Origin: Aliivibrio fischeri ES114
GTDB taxonomy: Bacteria > Pseudomonadota > Gammaproteobacteria > Enterobacterales > Vibrionaceae
Length of the DNA: 32,000 nt
Direction: 5' to 3' (one strand)
NCBI RefSeq assembly: GCF_000011805.1
Contig: NC_006840.2
Below the pieces are notes generated by a model. It saw nothing but the letters and a program-made list of their open reading frames with translations. It was not told where the DNA came from and made no database searches. This document shows positions 20,932 to 28,468 of this stretch, one piece after another. The translations under genes were made by a program, and so were the position numbers. Positions within the stretch are counted from its first letter, which is position 1. Each line of letters starts with the position of its first letter.

Positions 20932-21285
20932 CTAATGCTTCGTATTATTTGATGGGCGAGAAGTGGCGTTAGGAAATTGAATAACATCTGCAGCTTGATG
21001 CTCATCAATGGGTTTGTTGAGTGAATCAGCAAAGCGAACGAATTGCTTTCCAAGCTCTCGTCCTAGAAGAATATTTACATGATTTGGATTGTTGCCTCGC
21101 TCAATAATGCGTTCAATATGACTTTGCTGTGCAAGCAGTGGTCCTTGATGTTCTTCTGGAACACTTTCAATAAACTCCATACTTAGTTGATGACGTAATG
21201 CTTCCAGTTGTTCTGGATCTTTTTCTGCTAATGCTTTTAGCTCATCAAATGAGGGGATGGATAGGTTGCGATGTGATTGCGGCAT
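20932..21285 (-). CDS. Small conserved hypothetical protein (possibly DUF3135-like)
   Basis: 117-aa ORF with normal codon character, convergent with the CHMI-like gene across a 14-nt gap. The domain assignment is from memory only. Confidence 0.5.
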   Translation of the reverse strand: MPQSHRNLSIPSFDELKALAEKDPEQLEALRHQLSMEFIESVPEEHQGPLLAQQSHIERIIERGNNPNHVNILLGRELGKQFVRFADSLNKPIDEHQAADVIQFPNATSRPSNNTKH

Positions 21286-21502
21286 AAACTGATTCCTTGT
21301 TTTTGCTTTTATAGATTCAGCTTAGTTGAAGTTTTCAGGTTTTGAGAAAGTAGAGTTGGGGGGATTGAATCGGAGTCTCGCTTTTGAGATGGCTAACAGG
21401 GCGCTTTGCTTCTAGGGGCGAGAACGGACTTCGTCCTGCGAGAAGCGAGTGAAGGCAAGAGCAAGGTTTCAGGGGATTCGCTGTAATTACAGCGAACGAG
21501 AT

Positions 21503-21699
21503 ACAGTTCCTCCCCTTGAACGATATATTATTGAGATTAGTGATGTTGATATAAGGGGAGGTTAGGAGGGGTTGTTAGTGATGAATCTTGGTTTATCTAA
21601 TAACATAAATATTATATAGCCAACCCCCTCTAACTCCCCCTTGTATTGACTATGTCTATTTCATAACCCTAGCGATTAAGGGGGAGAACCGTTCTTTGC
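21503..21699. repeat. C-type double-hairpin unit, copy 1 (~197 bp)
   Basis: CCTCCCCTT (21509-21517) pairs with AAGGGGAGG (21553-21561). CTCCCCCTT (21634-21642) pairs with AAGGGGGAG (21678-21686). The inner G-rich (21553-21574) and C-rich (21620-21643) tracts are also mutually complementary around an AT-rich centre. Confidence 0.85.
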
Positions 21700-21905
21700 T
21701 ACACTAACCATAGCAATCATATTCAGAACTCAGCACTCGCTCTTAGCTCTTCCTTACCCCTCGAGCGAAGCGTCCTAGCCTCTCGCGCCTGCTCTTCAAG
21801 AAGCGTTCTAGCTAGCGAAGCGTATAGTCTCTAGCCTTACAGCGATTACCCCTGAATCCTGCAAGGGAGCCTGCGACCGATCTGAAACCTGAACTCTCTT
21901 AAAAC

Positions 21906-21937
21906 AAAAAAAACCGCAGATGCTTTCACATCCACGG
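21906..21937 (-). terminator. Rho-independent terminator after glpX; hairpin identical to the tpiA one
   Basis: Same stem-loop as at 19439-19462, followed (minus sense) by a U8 run. It lies about 75 nt after the glpX stop. Confidence 0.75.
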
Positions 21938-22009
21938 TTTCAAATTTATCGCAGACCTCGGCTCTTCCTCGCTCCTTAAGCGAAGCGTCCTCGCCTCTAG
22001 TCCCTGCTC

Positions 22010-23017
22010 TTAAAGAATAATATCTCTAACTTCAGCGTCTTTACGCTCTAAGTAGTGAATCGACTTAATACGACGAATCGTACGACAACGACCACGGATA
22101 AGTAGCGTTTCAGTTGTCGCAATATTACCTTGGCGAGTAATGCCTTCTAGTAGGTCACCTTTAGTGATACCAGTTGCTGCAAATACAACATCATCACTGC
22201 GTGCCATGTCTGTCATCTTTAAGATAACGTTCGCTTTTACGCCCATTTCTTCGCAGCGTTTTAGTTCAGCTTCACCGTGGATACGGTTTTCTTCTGTATC
22301 GCCTTTAACTTCATGACGAGGAAGAAGGCGTGCTTGCATGTCGCCATCTAGTGCACGGATAACTGCAGCAGAAACTACACCTTCAGGTGCTCCACCGATA
22401 CAGTACATAACGTCCACTTCGCTATCAGGCATACAAGTTAGAATAGAAGCTGCAACATCACCATCTGGCACAGCAAATACACGAACACCCATTTTCTGCA
22501 TGTTTGCAATTACTTCATCATGACGAGGTTTAGCCAGTGTTGTCACAACAAGCGTTTCTAATGGTTTACCTAATGCTTTTGCAATATTTACTAGGTTGTC
22601 TTCTAGAGAAAGACTTAAATCAATTGCGCCTTTTGCACCAGGACCAACCACCAATTTTTCCATGTACATATCAGGTGCTTTTAAGAAGCTACCTTTTTCA
22701 CCAGCAGCCAATACGGCAAGTGCGTTTGATTGACCCATTGCTGTCATACGAGTGCCTTCGATTGGATCAACCGCGATATCAACAGCATCGCCACCTGTAC
22801 CTACGTTTTCACCGATGTATAGCATAGGTGCATCATCGATCTCACCTTCACCAATAACAATTTCACCACTGATATCAGTTTTGTTCAGAAGAGTACGCAT
22901 TACTTCAACAGCAGCACCGTCAGCAGCGTTTTTATCACCACGGCCAAGCCATTTGTAACCAGCCAGTGCGGCACCTTCAGTAACTCGAGAAAAAGCCATT
23001 GCTAAATCGCGTTTCAT
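22010..23017 (-). CDS. glpX: Class II fructose-1,6-bisphosphatase
   Basis: 335 aa. MKRDLAMAFSRVTEGAALAGYKWLGRGDKNAADGAAV... Canonical GlpX. Confidence 0.95.
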   Translation of the reverse strand: MKRDLAMAFSRVTEGAALAGYKWLGRGDKNAADGAAVEVMRTLLNKTDISGEIVIGEGEIDDAPMLYIGENVGTGGDAVDIAVDPIEGTRMTAMGQSNALAVLAAGEKGSFLKAPDMYMEKLVVGPGAKGAIDLSLSLEDNLVNIAKALGKPLETLVVTTLAKPRHDEVIANMQKMGVRVFAVPDGDVAASILTCMPDSEVDVMYCIGGAPEGVVSAAVIRALDGDMQARLLPRHEVKGDTEENRIHGEAELKRCEEMGVKANVILKMTDMARSDDVVFAATGITKGDLLEGITRQGNIATTETLLIRGRCRTIRRIKSIHYLERKDAEVRDIIL

Positions 23018-23384
23018 AATTGCTCCGAATAAATCGATGAATAAGTAAAAATCGAGGGGGATTTTAGCATAACAAAAAGGGAAACGTTTGCTTTTTCAGG
23101 CGAGAATGAAATTTTTTCAGCGAAGAATAAAAATATCAAGGAGCTAAAGGTGTGGTTTAACTCAAATAACGAAGGCAAATACCTAGTTTTGGTATGTAGT
23201 TCGTTTTAATCTTAAGAAAGAACGTCAGATGTTGGTAAAAACTGCTGTTTTTTTGTTCATATGATGCAATTTAATGAATAACACTATGGCAGAATTACAA
23301 TTGCTGAGTAGAATAGAAAACAAGTTTGTAGTGAGTAATAAATTCGCTACATATTCAATGAAGAATATAGTTAAGGTGGCAGGA

Positions 23385-23627
23385 ATGTCTTTAGAAATAT
23401 TAGAACAACTAGAAGCTAAAGTTCAGATGGCAGTAGATACAATCGCACTGCTACAAATGGAAGTTGAAGAATTAAAAGAAACGAACGCAGCGCTAACTCA
23501 AGATCTTGAGCAAGCAAACAACGGTCGTTCAGAAGTAGAACAAGAAGCTCAACGTGCACGTGATGAACAAGCTCAATTTGAAGCTCGCATCCGTGGTCTA
23601 CTTGGTAAAATGGACGAAGTAGAGTAA
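23385..23627 (+). CDS. zapB: Cell division protein ZapB
   Basis: 80-aa coiled-coil protein (MSLEILEQLEAKVQMAVDTIALLQMEVEELKE...). The ATG at 23385 is preceded by AGGTGG. The longer ORF start at 23274 was rejected. Confidence 0.9.
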   Translation: MSLEILEQLEAKVQMAVDTIALLQMEVEELKETNAALTQDLEQANNGRSEVEQEAQRARDEQAQFEARIRGLLGKMDEVE

Positions 23628-23702
23628 TAGAGCAGGAACGAGAGGCGAGGACGCTTCGCTCAAGGAGCGAGGAAGAGCTAAGTTCTGTGAATTATTTTGA
23701 AA

Positions 23703-23733
23703 CCGTAGGTGTGGAAGCACCTGCGGTTTTTTT
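23703..23733 (+). terminator. Rho-independent terminator after zapB; homologous to the tpiA/glpX terminators but on the other strand
   Basis: CCGTAGGTG-tggaag-CACCTGCGG followed by T7. Confidence 0.8.
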
Positions 23734-23822
23734 ATTTTAAGAGCAAAGTTTAGGTTTCAGATCGGTCGCAAGCTCCCTTGCAGGGTTCAGAGGTGCTTGC
23801 TGTAATTAAAGCGATCACAATT

Positions 23823-24020
23823 ATAGTTCCTACCCTTGAACGATAGATTATTGAGATCGATGATGTTGATATAAGGGGAGGTTAGGAGGGGTTGCTAATG
23901 ATGAGTTTTGGTTTATCTGAACGACAATAATATGCATAACCAACCCCCTCTAGCTCCCCCTTGTATTGACTATACTGCTTTCATAGGTTTTGGTGTTTAA
24001 GGGGGAGAACCATTCTTTGT
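23823..24020. repeat. C-type double-hairpin unit, copy 2 (~197 bp)
   Basis: Collinear with 21503-21699. The stems are nearly identical (about 6 differences in the first 72 nt, 1 in 34 nt across the C-rich tract). The hairpin loops and the central AT-rich segment have diverged. Confidence 0.85.
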
Positions 24021-24114
24021 CGCTGTAGCAACAACGCTCACCTCTGAATTCTGCAAGCGCAGCGATCTGAACTCTGCTCTTCCTGAAACCTCGCTTTCTC
24101 GTCCCTTAACCCTT

Positions 24115-24612
24115 TTATTCTTCCTCACCCATCTCTTCTAGCGGCTCTTGAGAGATAATCACTCCAGTCGAATCCGCGTAAAGATGATCTTCAGGTAAGA
24201 AAGTCACACTACCAAAGTTAACTGCAACATCCACTTCACCAATGTTTTGTCTTGCTGCACCAACAGGAATAGAAGCGAGAGCTTGAATGCCAATCTCAAT
24301 CTCTTCTAGGTAATCCACTTCACGGACGCAACCATAAATAACTAAGCCTTCCCAGCCATTGTGGGCTGCTTTTGCTGCTAGGTCAGCATCTACTAAAGCA
24401 CGACGTAAAGAACCGCCGCCATCAACTAATAAAACACGACCTTCGCCTTTCTCTTCTAATAGTTGATGAATCAGACCATTATCTTCAAAACATTTAATTG
24501 TTGTGATTTGACCTGAAAATGATGTCTTAGCGCCAAAGTGGCTGAACATCGGTTCAACAACATCAACTTGATCTAAATAGATGTCACAAAGTGCTGAAGT
24601 ATTGTATTCCAT
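24115..24612 (-). CDS. rraA: Regulator of RNase E activity RraA
   Basis: 165 aa. [23 protein letters not shown]... Typical RraA, adjacent to menA as in other gamma-proteobacteria. Confidence 0.9.
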   Translation of the reverse strand: MEYNTSALCDIYLDQVDVVEPMFSHFGAKTSFSGQITTIKCFEDNGLIHQLLEEKGEGRVLLVDGGGSLRRALVDADLAAKAAHNGWEGLVIYGCVREVDYLEEIEIGIQALASIPVGAARQNIGEVDVAVNFGSVTFLPEDHLYADSTGVIISQEPLEEMGEEE

Positions 24613-24736
24613 AGTGAAACTTACCTTTTATTGGTGTTTGTAACTGTTCAATATACGTGCTTTTTTAGGCAATACTATGACAAACCGCAAATTTATCCTG
24701 ATTTACTTAGGTCAGTGAGATAAGCCGCTTTCGTTT

Positions 24737-25645
24737 TTAAACGGATAAGTACAAGCCAACAGCAAATAGTACATTGGTAAATAGTGCGCATTGCACAACG
24801 GTGCCCATCATAGGTCTGATTGCTTCACCATTTGGTGCTCGCATTACTGACATAACATGATTGAAGACGAAAGGTGCAATTGCTAAAAATAACCAACCAG
24901 TTAGTGAATGAATTTGAGTCGCACTAAAAACAGCAAGACAGATAAAACTCACGGCCATTAATACAGCATGATATTTACGACCCCAGTTTGCGCCCATGCG
25001 AACGACCAATGTCATTTTTCCGCACGCTTCGTCATTCTCTATATCACGTAGGTTATTAATATTTAATACTGCGACAGCTAATAAACCGCAGGCAGTCGCT
25101 GGTAAGAATAGAGCAGATGATAAGTGACCAGTATGAAGGTAATACGTACCGGCAACCCCTAATAAACCAAAAAAGATAAAAACAGAGATATCTCTTAAGC
25201 CACGGTAACCATAAGGCTTATCACCCATGGTATAAGCAATAGCAGCGCCAATAGCTAATAACCCAAGAGCGATGAATCCAATAATATCCATGGTTTGGTG
25301 TAATGAACTAAATACCAAAATTAAGCCACTAATGATCGTCAGAACAATATTAATACCAATGGCTTTTTTCATTGTTTCTTGCGTTACAAGGCCGGTTTGC
25401 ATTGCTCGTTGTGGACCAAGGCGATCTTCGTTATCTGTGCCTTTTACTGCATCGCCATAGTCATTTGCTAGATTCGACAATATTTGCAATAACGTTGCGG
25501 TGATAAATGCCATTAACGTGATAGTAAAAGAGGCATGGTTATTCCAATATGCCAACACAGAGCCTGTCATGATTGAGGCTAGGGCAAGAGGGAGTGTTTT
25601 TGGACGAGCGGCGTTGAGCCAAATGGAAAAAGGAGAAGTTTTCAT
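24737..25645 (-). CDS. menA: 1,4-dihydroxy-2-naphthoate octaprenyltransferase
   Basis: UbiA-family polytopic membrane protein (NDYGD, NNLRDIENDE motifs). I chose the start at 25645 (MKTSPFSIWLNAARPKTLPLA). Confidence 0.9.
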   Translation of the reverse strand: MKTSPFSIWLNAARPKTLPLALASIMTGSVLAYWNNHASFTITLMAFITATLLQILSNLANDYGDAVKGTDNEDRLGPQRAMQTGLVTQETMKKAIGINIVLTIISGLILVFSSLHQTMDIIGFIALGLLAIGAAIAYTMGDKPYGYRGLRDISVFIFFGLLGVAGTYYLHTGHLSSALFLPATACGLLAVAVLNINNLRDIENDEACGKMTLVVRMGANWGRKYHAVLMAVSFICLAVFSATQIHSLTGWLFLAIAPFVFNHVMSVMRAPNGEAIRPMMGTVVQCALFTNVLFAVGLYLSV

Positions 25646-25727
25646 AGCATCGCAAAAATAGTGAATAGAGTCTCTATTATTCACTATTTTTGGAAGAACC
25701 CCAAATTTGGCGCAGAAGATAGCGAAA

Positions 25728-26597
25728 TTAATTTATTTTCCCAGTATCAATTAACTGTTGAAGTAGTGGTCTAATAATTAACTCCATAGCAAAGCTCATT
25801 TTTCCTCCGGGAACAACTAGCGTGTTATGACGAGACATAAATGAACCATCAATCATTGCTAATAAGTAAGGAAAGTCGACTTTACTCAACCCCCTAAAAC
25901 GGATGACAACAAAGCTTTCATCTAAACTCGGAATGCCTTTTGCGTTGAGTGGGTTAGAGGTATCTACGGTTGGCACTCGTTGGAAGTTAATATGAGTTCG
26001 AGAAAATTGTGGAGTAATGTAATTTAAATAGTCGTCCATTGAACGAACAATTGAGTCCATTACGGCTTCACGAGAATGCCCACGATCACGGGTATCACGA
26101 ACAAATTTCTGTATCCATTCTAAGTTTACAATTGGCACCATGCCGATAAGTAAATCCACATGTTGAGATACGTTAATATCACCATCAACAACACCACCGT
26201 GTAGACCTTCATAAAAAAGGACATCGGTATCATCTGGTAGGTCTTGCCATGGAGTGAATGTGCCAGGCATTTGATTGAATGGAACCGCTTCATCGAAAGT
26301 ATGTAAATAGCGACGATATTGACCCGTTCCATCCTCTCCGTATTGACGGAAAAACTGTTCTAGTGCCGGAAAGTCATTTGCTTGAGGACCAAAGTAACTG
26401 ATGTGCTTACCTTGTTCTTTTGCTTTACGGATCTCCACATCCATTTCAGGACGAGTGAAACGATGGAAACTGTCCCCTTCAAGCCAAGATGCCTTTATGT
26501 CCATCATATTGAACATTTTACGAAATGCTTCAGATGTGGTGGTAGTGCCTGCTCCGGATGATCCCGTTACGGCAATAATTGGATGTTTTGCTGACAT
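25728..26597 (-). CDS. prkB: Phosphoribulokinase homologue
   Basis: 289 aa. MSAKHPIIAVTGSSGAGTTTTS P-loop. It sits in the prkB-yheU-yheT-yheS-kefGB arrangement known from E. coli. Confidence 0.9.
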   Translation of the reverse strand: MSAKHPIIAVTGSSGAGTTTTSEAFRKMFNMMDIKASWLEGDSFHRFTRPEMDVEIRKAKEQGKHISYFGPQANDFPALEQFFRQYGEDGTGQYRRYLHTFDEAVPFNQMPGTFTPWQDLPDDTDVLFYEGLHGGVVDGDINVSQHVDLLIGMVPIVNLEWIQKFVRDTRDRGHSREAVMDSIVRSMDDYLNYITPQFSRTHINFQRVPTVDTSNPLNAKGIPSLDESFVVIRFRGLSKVDFPYLLAMIDGSFMSRHNTLVVPGGKMSFAMELIIRPLLQQLIDTGKIN

Positions 26598-26699
26598 GAC
26601 AAACCCTGTCTAATTTCCTTATTCTCGTCGGATGTTATAACAGGGTTGGTAAAAATGATACTGTTCGGTTTGAAAATTGTGAGTATCTTGGTGAGTCTA

Positions 26700-26942
26700 T
26701 TAGTCGTAATTATGGTTAGTTAAATTAGGATTAAAGCGAGCTTTGGTTTGAATATCAACGGTTTCATGAAGCTCGGAAAAGACCACCATTGCTTCACCAT
26801 TTTTCAATAGAACTTTTATTTGATCTACTTTTTCTTGATGGCTGATTTCAACTTCACCGTAATCTGTCCCTTCACGTAATACAAATTCAGAAATTAAGTT
26901 TTCTAGTGTGTCAGGAGCGATGTCTTGCCAAGGAATGATCAT
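26700..26942 (-). CDS. yheU: UPF0270 family protein YheU
   Basis: [30 protein letters not shown] closely parallels E. coli YheU. The start at 26942 was chosen accordingly. Confidence 0.85.
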   Translation of the reverse strand: MIIPWQDIAPDTLENLISEFVLREGTDYGEVEISHQEKVDQIKVLLKNGEAMVVFSELHETVDIQTKARFNPNLTNHNYD

Positions 26943-26987
26943 ACTACTTATCTCATCCATTAAATGAATTGCCAATAGGCGCTAAAG

Positions 26988-27956
26988 TTAGAGAATTTTT
27001 TGGAACCAGTGGTTAACGGTACTTTCTAACCAAAAATTGGGCTTAGTGATAGAACCGTCAATAAAACCTACGTGACCACCGTGTTCTGTTAGTTGATAGT
27101 GTACACAGTTAGGCAGTGGATGAGTAGGTATCACCGCGTTTGTCATAAATGGGTCGTCTTTAGAATGAATAATTCGAGTTGGTATGTCGATACGATCTAA
27201 AAACTGTAAACCACTGCATTGTTGATAATAGTCTTGTGCGTGAGCGTAACCATGCATTGGCGCTGTAATGAGATTATCAAAGGTGATTAGATCAGGTATG
27301 GCTTTGATCATCTCTTTATTTAAACCAACAATCTCTTTACGAGAGGCATTGAGCTTTTTAATGCTGTTGTTTTTTAATGAGCCTAATAAATAACCCTGAT
27401 ACAAACGAGAAAAACCTTGTTGAATACGTTCAGAACAGGCACCTAAATCCAGAGGTGCGGAGATAACTGTTGCGGCGTTCAGTAGGGTATTGTTTTGATA
27501 TTTTGCGAGGTAGTTCACTAGCATATTACCACCAAGAGAGATCCCGGTGGCGACCTTTTCTTGATTAGGGAAGCGAGCATCCAACATCTCAATAAAAAAA
27601 CGTGCGTCTTCGGTTTCGCCTGAGTGGTACGCTCTTGCTAAGCGGTTAGGCACATCACTGCAACCACGAAAGTGCATCATCACCCCAAGCCAACCTTGCT
27701 CTTTTGCAGCAGCTAATAATCCATTGGCATAAGGGCTGTCGAAACTGCCTTCTAAACCATGAAAAAGAATAAAAAGCGGTTTTTCTCCTGCTTTATTTGG
27801 GTTTTCACTCCAAGCTAGATCAACGAAATCGCTGTCTGGTAACTCAAGGCGTTGCCAATACGCATTAAACAATGGACTACGACGCAGAAAGCGAGGAAGC
27901 AATGTCTGAATATGAGCGTTAGATAAACCGGTAGCCGGTGTAAAGTTATCCATCAT
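26988..27956 (-). CDS. yheT: Alpha/beta-fold hydrolase YheT
   Basis: 322 aa. HGLEGS and GISLGGN nucleophile-elbow motifs. Position between yheU and yheS. Confidence 0.85.
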   Translation of the reverse strand: MMDNFTPATGLSNAHIQTLLPRFLRRSPLFNAYWQRLELPDSDFVDLAWSENPNKAGEKPLFILFHGLEGSFDSPYANGLLAAAKEQGWLGVMMHFRGCSDVPNRLARAYHSGETEDARFFIEMLDARFPNQEKVATGISLGGNMLVNYLAKYQNNTLLNAATVISAPLDLGACSERIQQGFSRLYQGYLLGSLKNNSIKKLNASRKEIVGLNKEMIKAIPDLITFDNLITAPMHGYAHAQDYYQQCSGLQFLDRIDIPTRIIHSKDDPFMTNAVIPTHPLPNCVHYQLTEHGGHVGFIDGSITKPNFWLESTVNHWFQKIL

Positions 27957-27961
27957 CTTAG

Positions 27962-28468
27962 TTACTCTGTGTTGTTATGTTGATTACTTTCTAGAGCTGG
28001 AAGTAAGGCGTCTGCTTGCAAAGAGCGGCAATAATGCGTTAATAAACTTATCTGATTATTATCGGTTTTTATTACTAAAGGAATACGTATTAAAGCAGTG
28101 ATTAGATCGCTTTGTTGTTGCTTTTCTATTTGTAGCTCAAACCGTAAGGCTTCTTGATAAAGAGTTTGATCTTGTGTCGATTTGATCTGTTTTCTTAACT
28201 TGCGATAAGAGTGAAGTAGAGTGTCACTTTTGTGTAGAGCTGCTTCAAGAAGCGGTAAGTCAGATACCGAGAATGAGAGGTTTAGACTATTAAGCCAGAT
28301 AAGTAATAATGCTAAATTCACATTACCAAAGTAGGTGTCTTGTAGTGCCAGTGCTGCTTGTTTTACCCCATCTTTCTTATAATGGGATAATGAGAAACAC
28401 CAAAAGGCTTCTTGGGTAATAGAAGCCAATTGGTGCTCATTCAAAGGAATGTTACTGCTTGGCAGCAT
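27962..28468 (-). CDS. Small conserved hypothetical protein downstream of yheS (possibly TIGR02444/DUF2390-like)
   Basis: The only ATG of the ORF (28468) lies 17 nt inside the 3' end of yheS, suggesting coupling. The 29 codons upstream of it overlap yheS and were discarded. The family name is from memory and uncertain. Confidence 0.5.
   Translation of the reverse strand: MLPSSNIPLNEHQLASITQEAFWCFSLSHYKKDGVKQAALALQDTYFGNVNLALLLIWLNSLNLSFSVSDLPLLEAALHKSDTLLHSYRKLRKQIKSTQDQTLYQEALRFELQIEKQQQSDLITALIRIPLVIKTDNNQISLLTHYCRSLQADALLPALESNQHNNTE

Larger units (their letters stand above)
21397..22009. repeat. Mosaic intergenic repeat copy 8, the largest (about 610 bp; A, D palindrome, C double hairpin, inverted A, E, terminator arm, inverted A)
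   Basis: Permuted A at 21397-21462. Perfect 20-nt palindrome TTCGCTGTAATTACAGCGAA at 21477-21496. C pair at 21503-21699. Inverted A at 21739-21794 and at 21961-22009, the latter abutting the glpX stop. Confidence 0.85.
23630..24107. repeat. Mosaic intergenic repeat copy 9 (about 480 bp, roughly palindromic: A, terminator, B/D arm, C double hairpin, D', B', degenerate A')
   Basis: Short A at 23630-23678. Terminator at 23703-23733. D arms GCAGGGTTCAGAGGTG (23780-23795) and CACCTCTGAATTCTGC (24039-24054) flank the C pair at 23823-24020. Degenerate inverted A at 24076-24107. Confidence 0.85.

Noticed and set aside
21578-21619. Mini-ORF after the double SD-like tract in the C unit ((V)MNLGLSNNINII*; counterpart MMSFGLSERQ* at 23898-23930; MS* at 15458-15466)
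   Set aside because: Only the first few codons are shared, and that follows nucleotide conservation of the element. Length and sequence are not conserved and one copy stops after 2 codons. A conserved peptide is unlikely.
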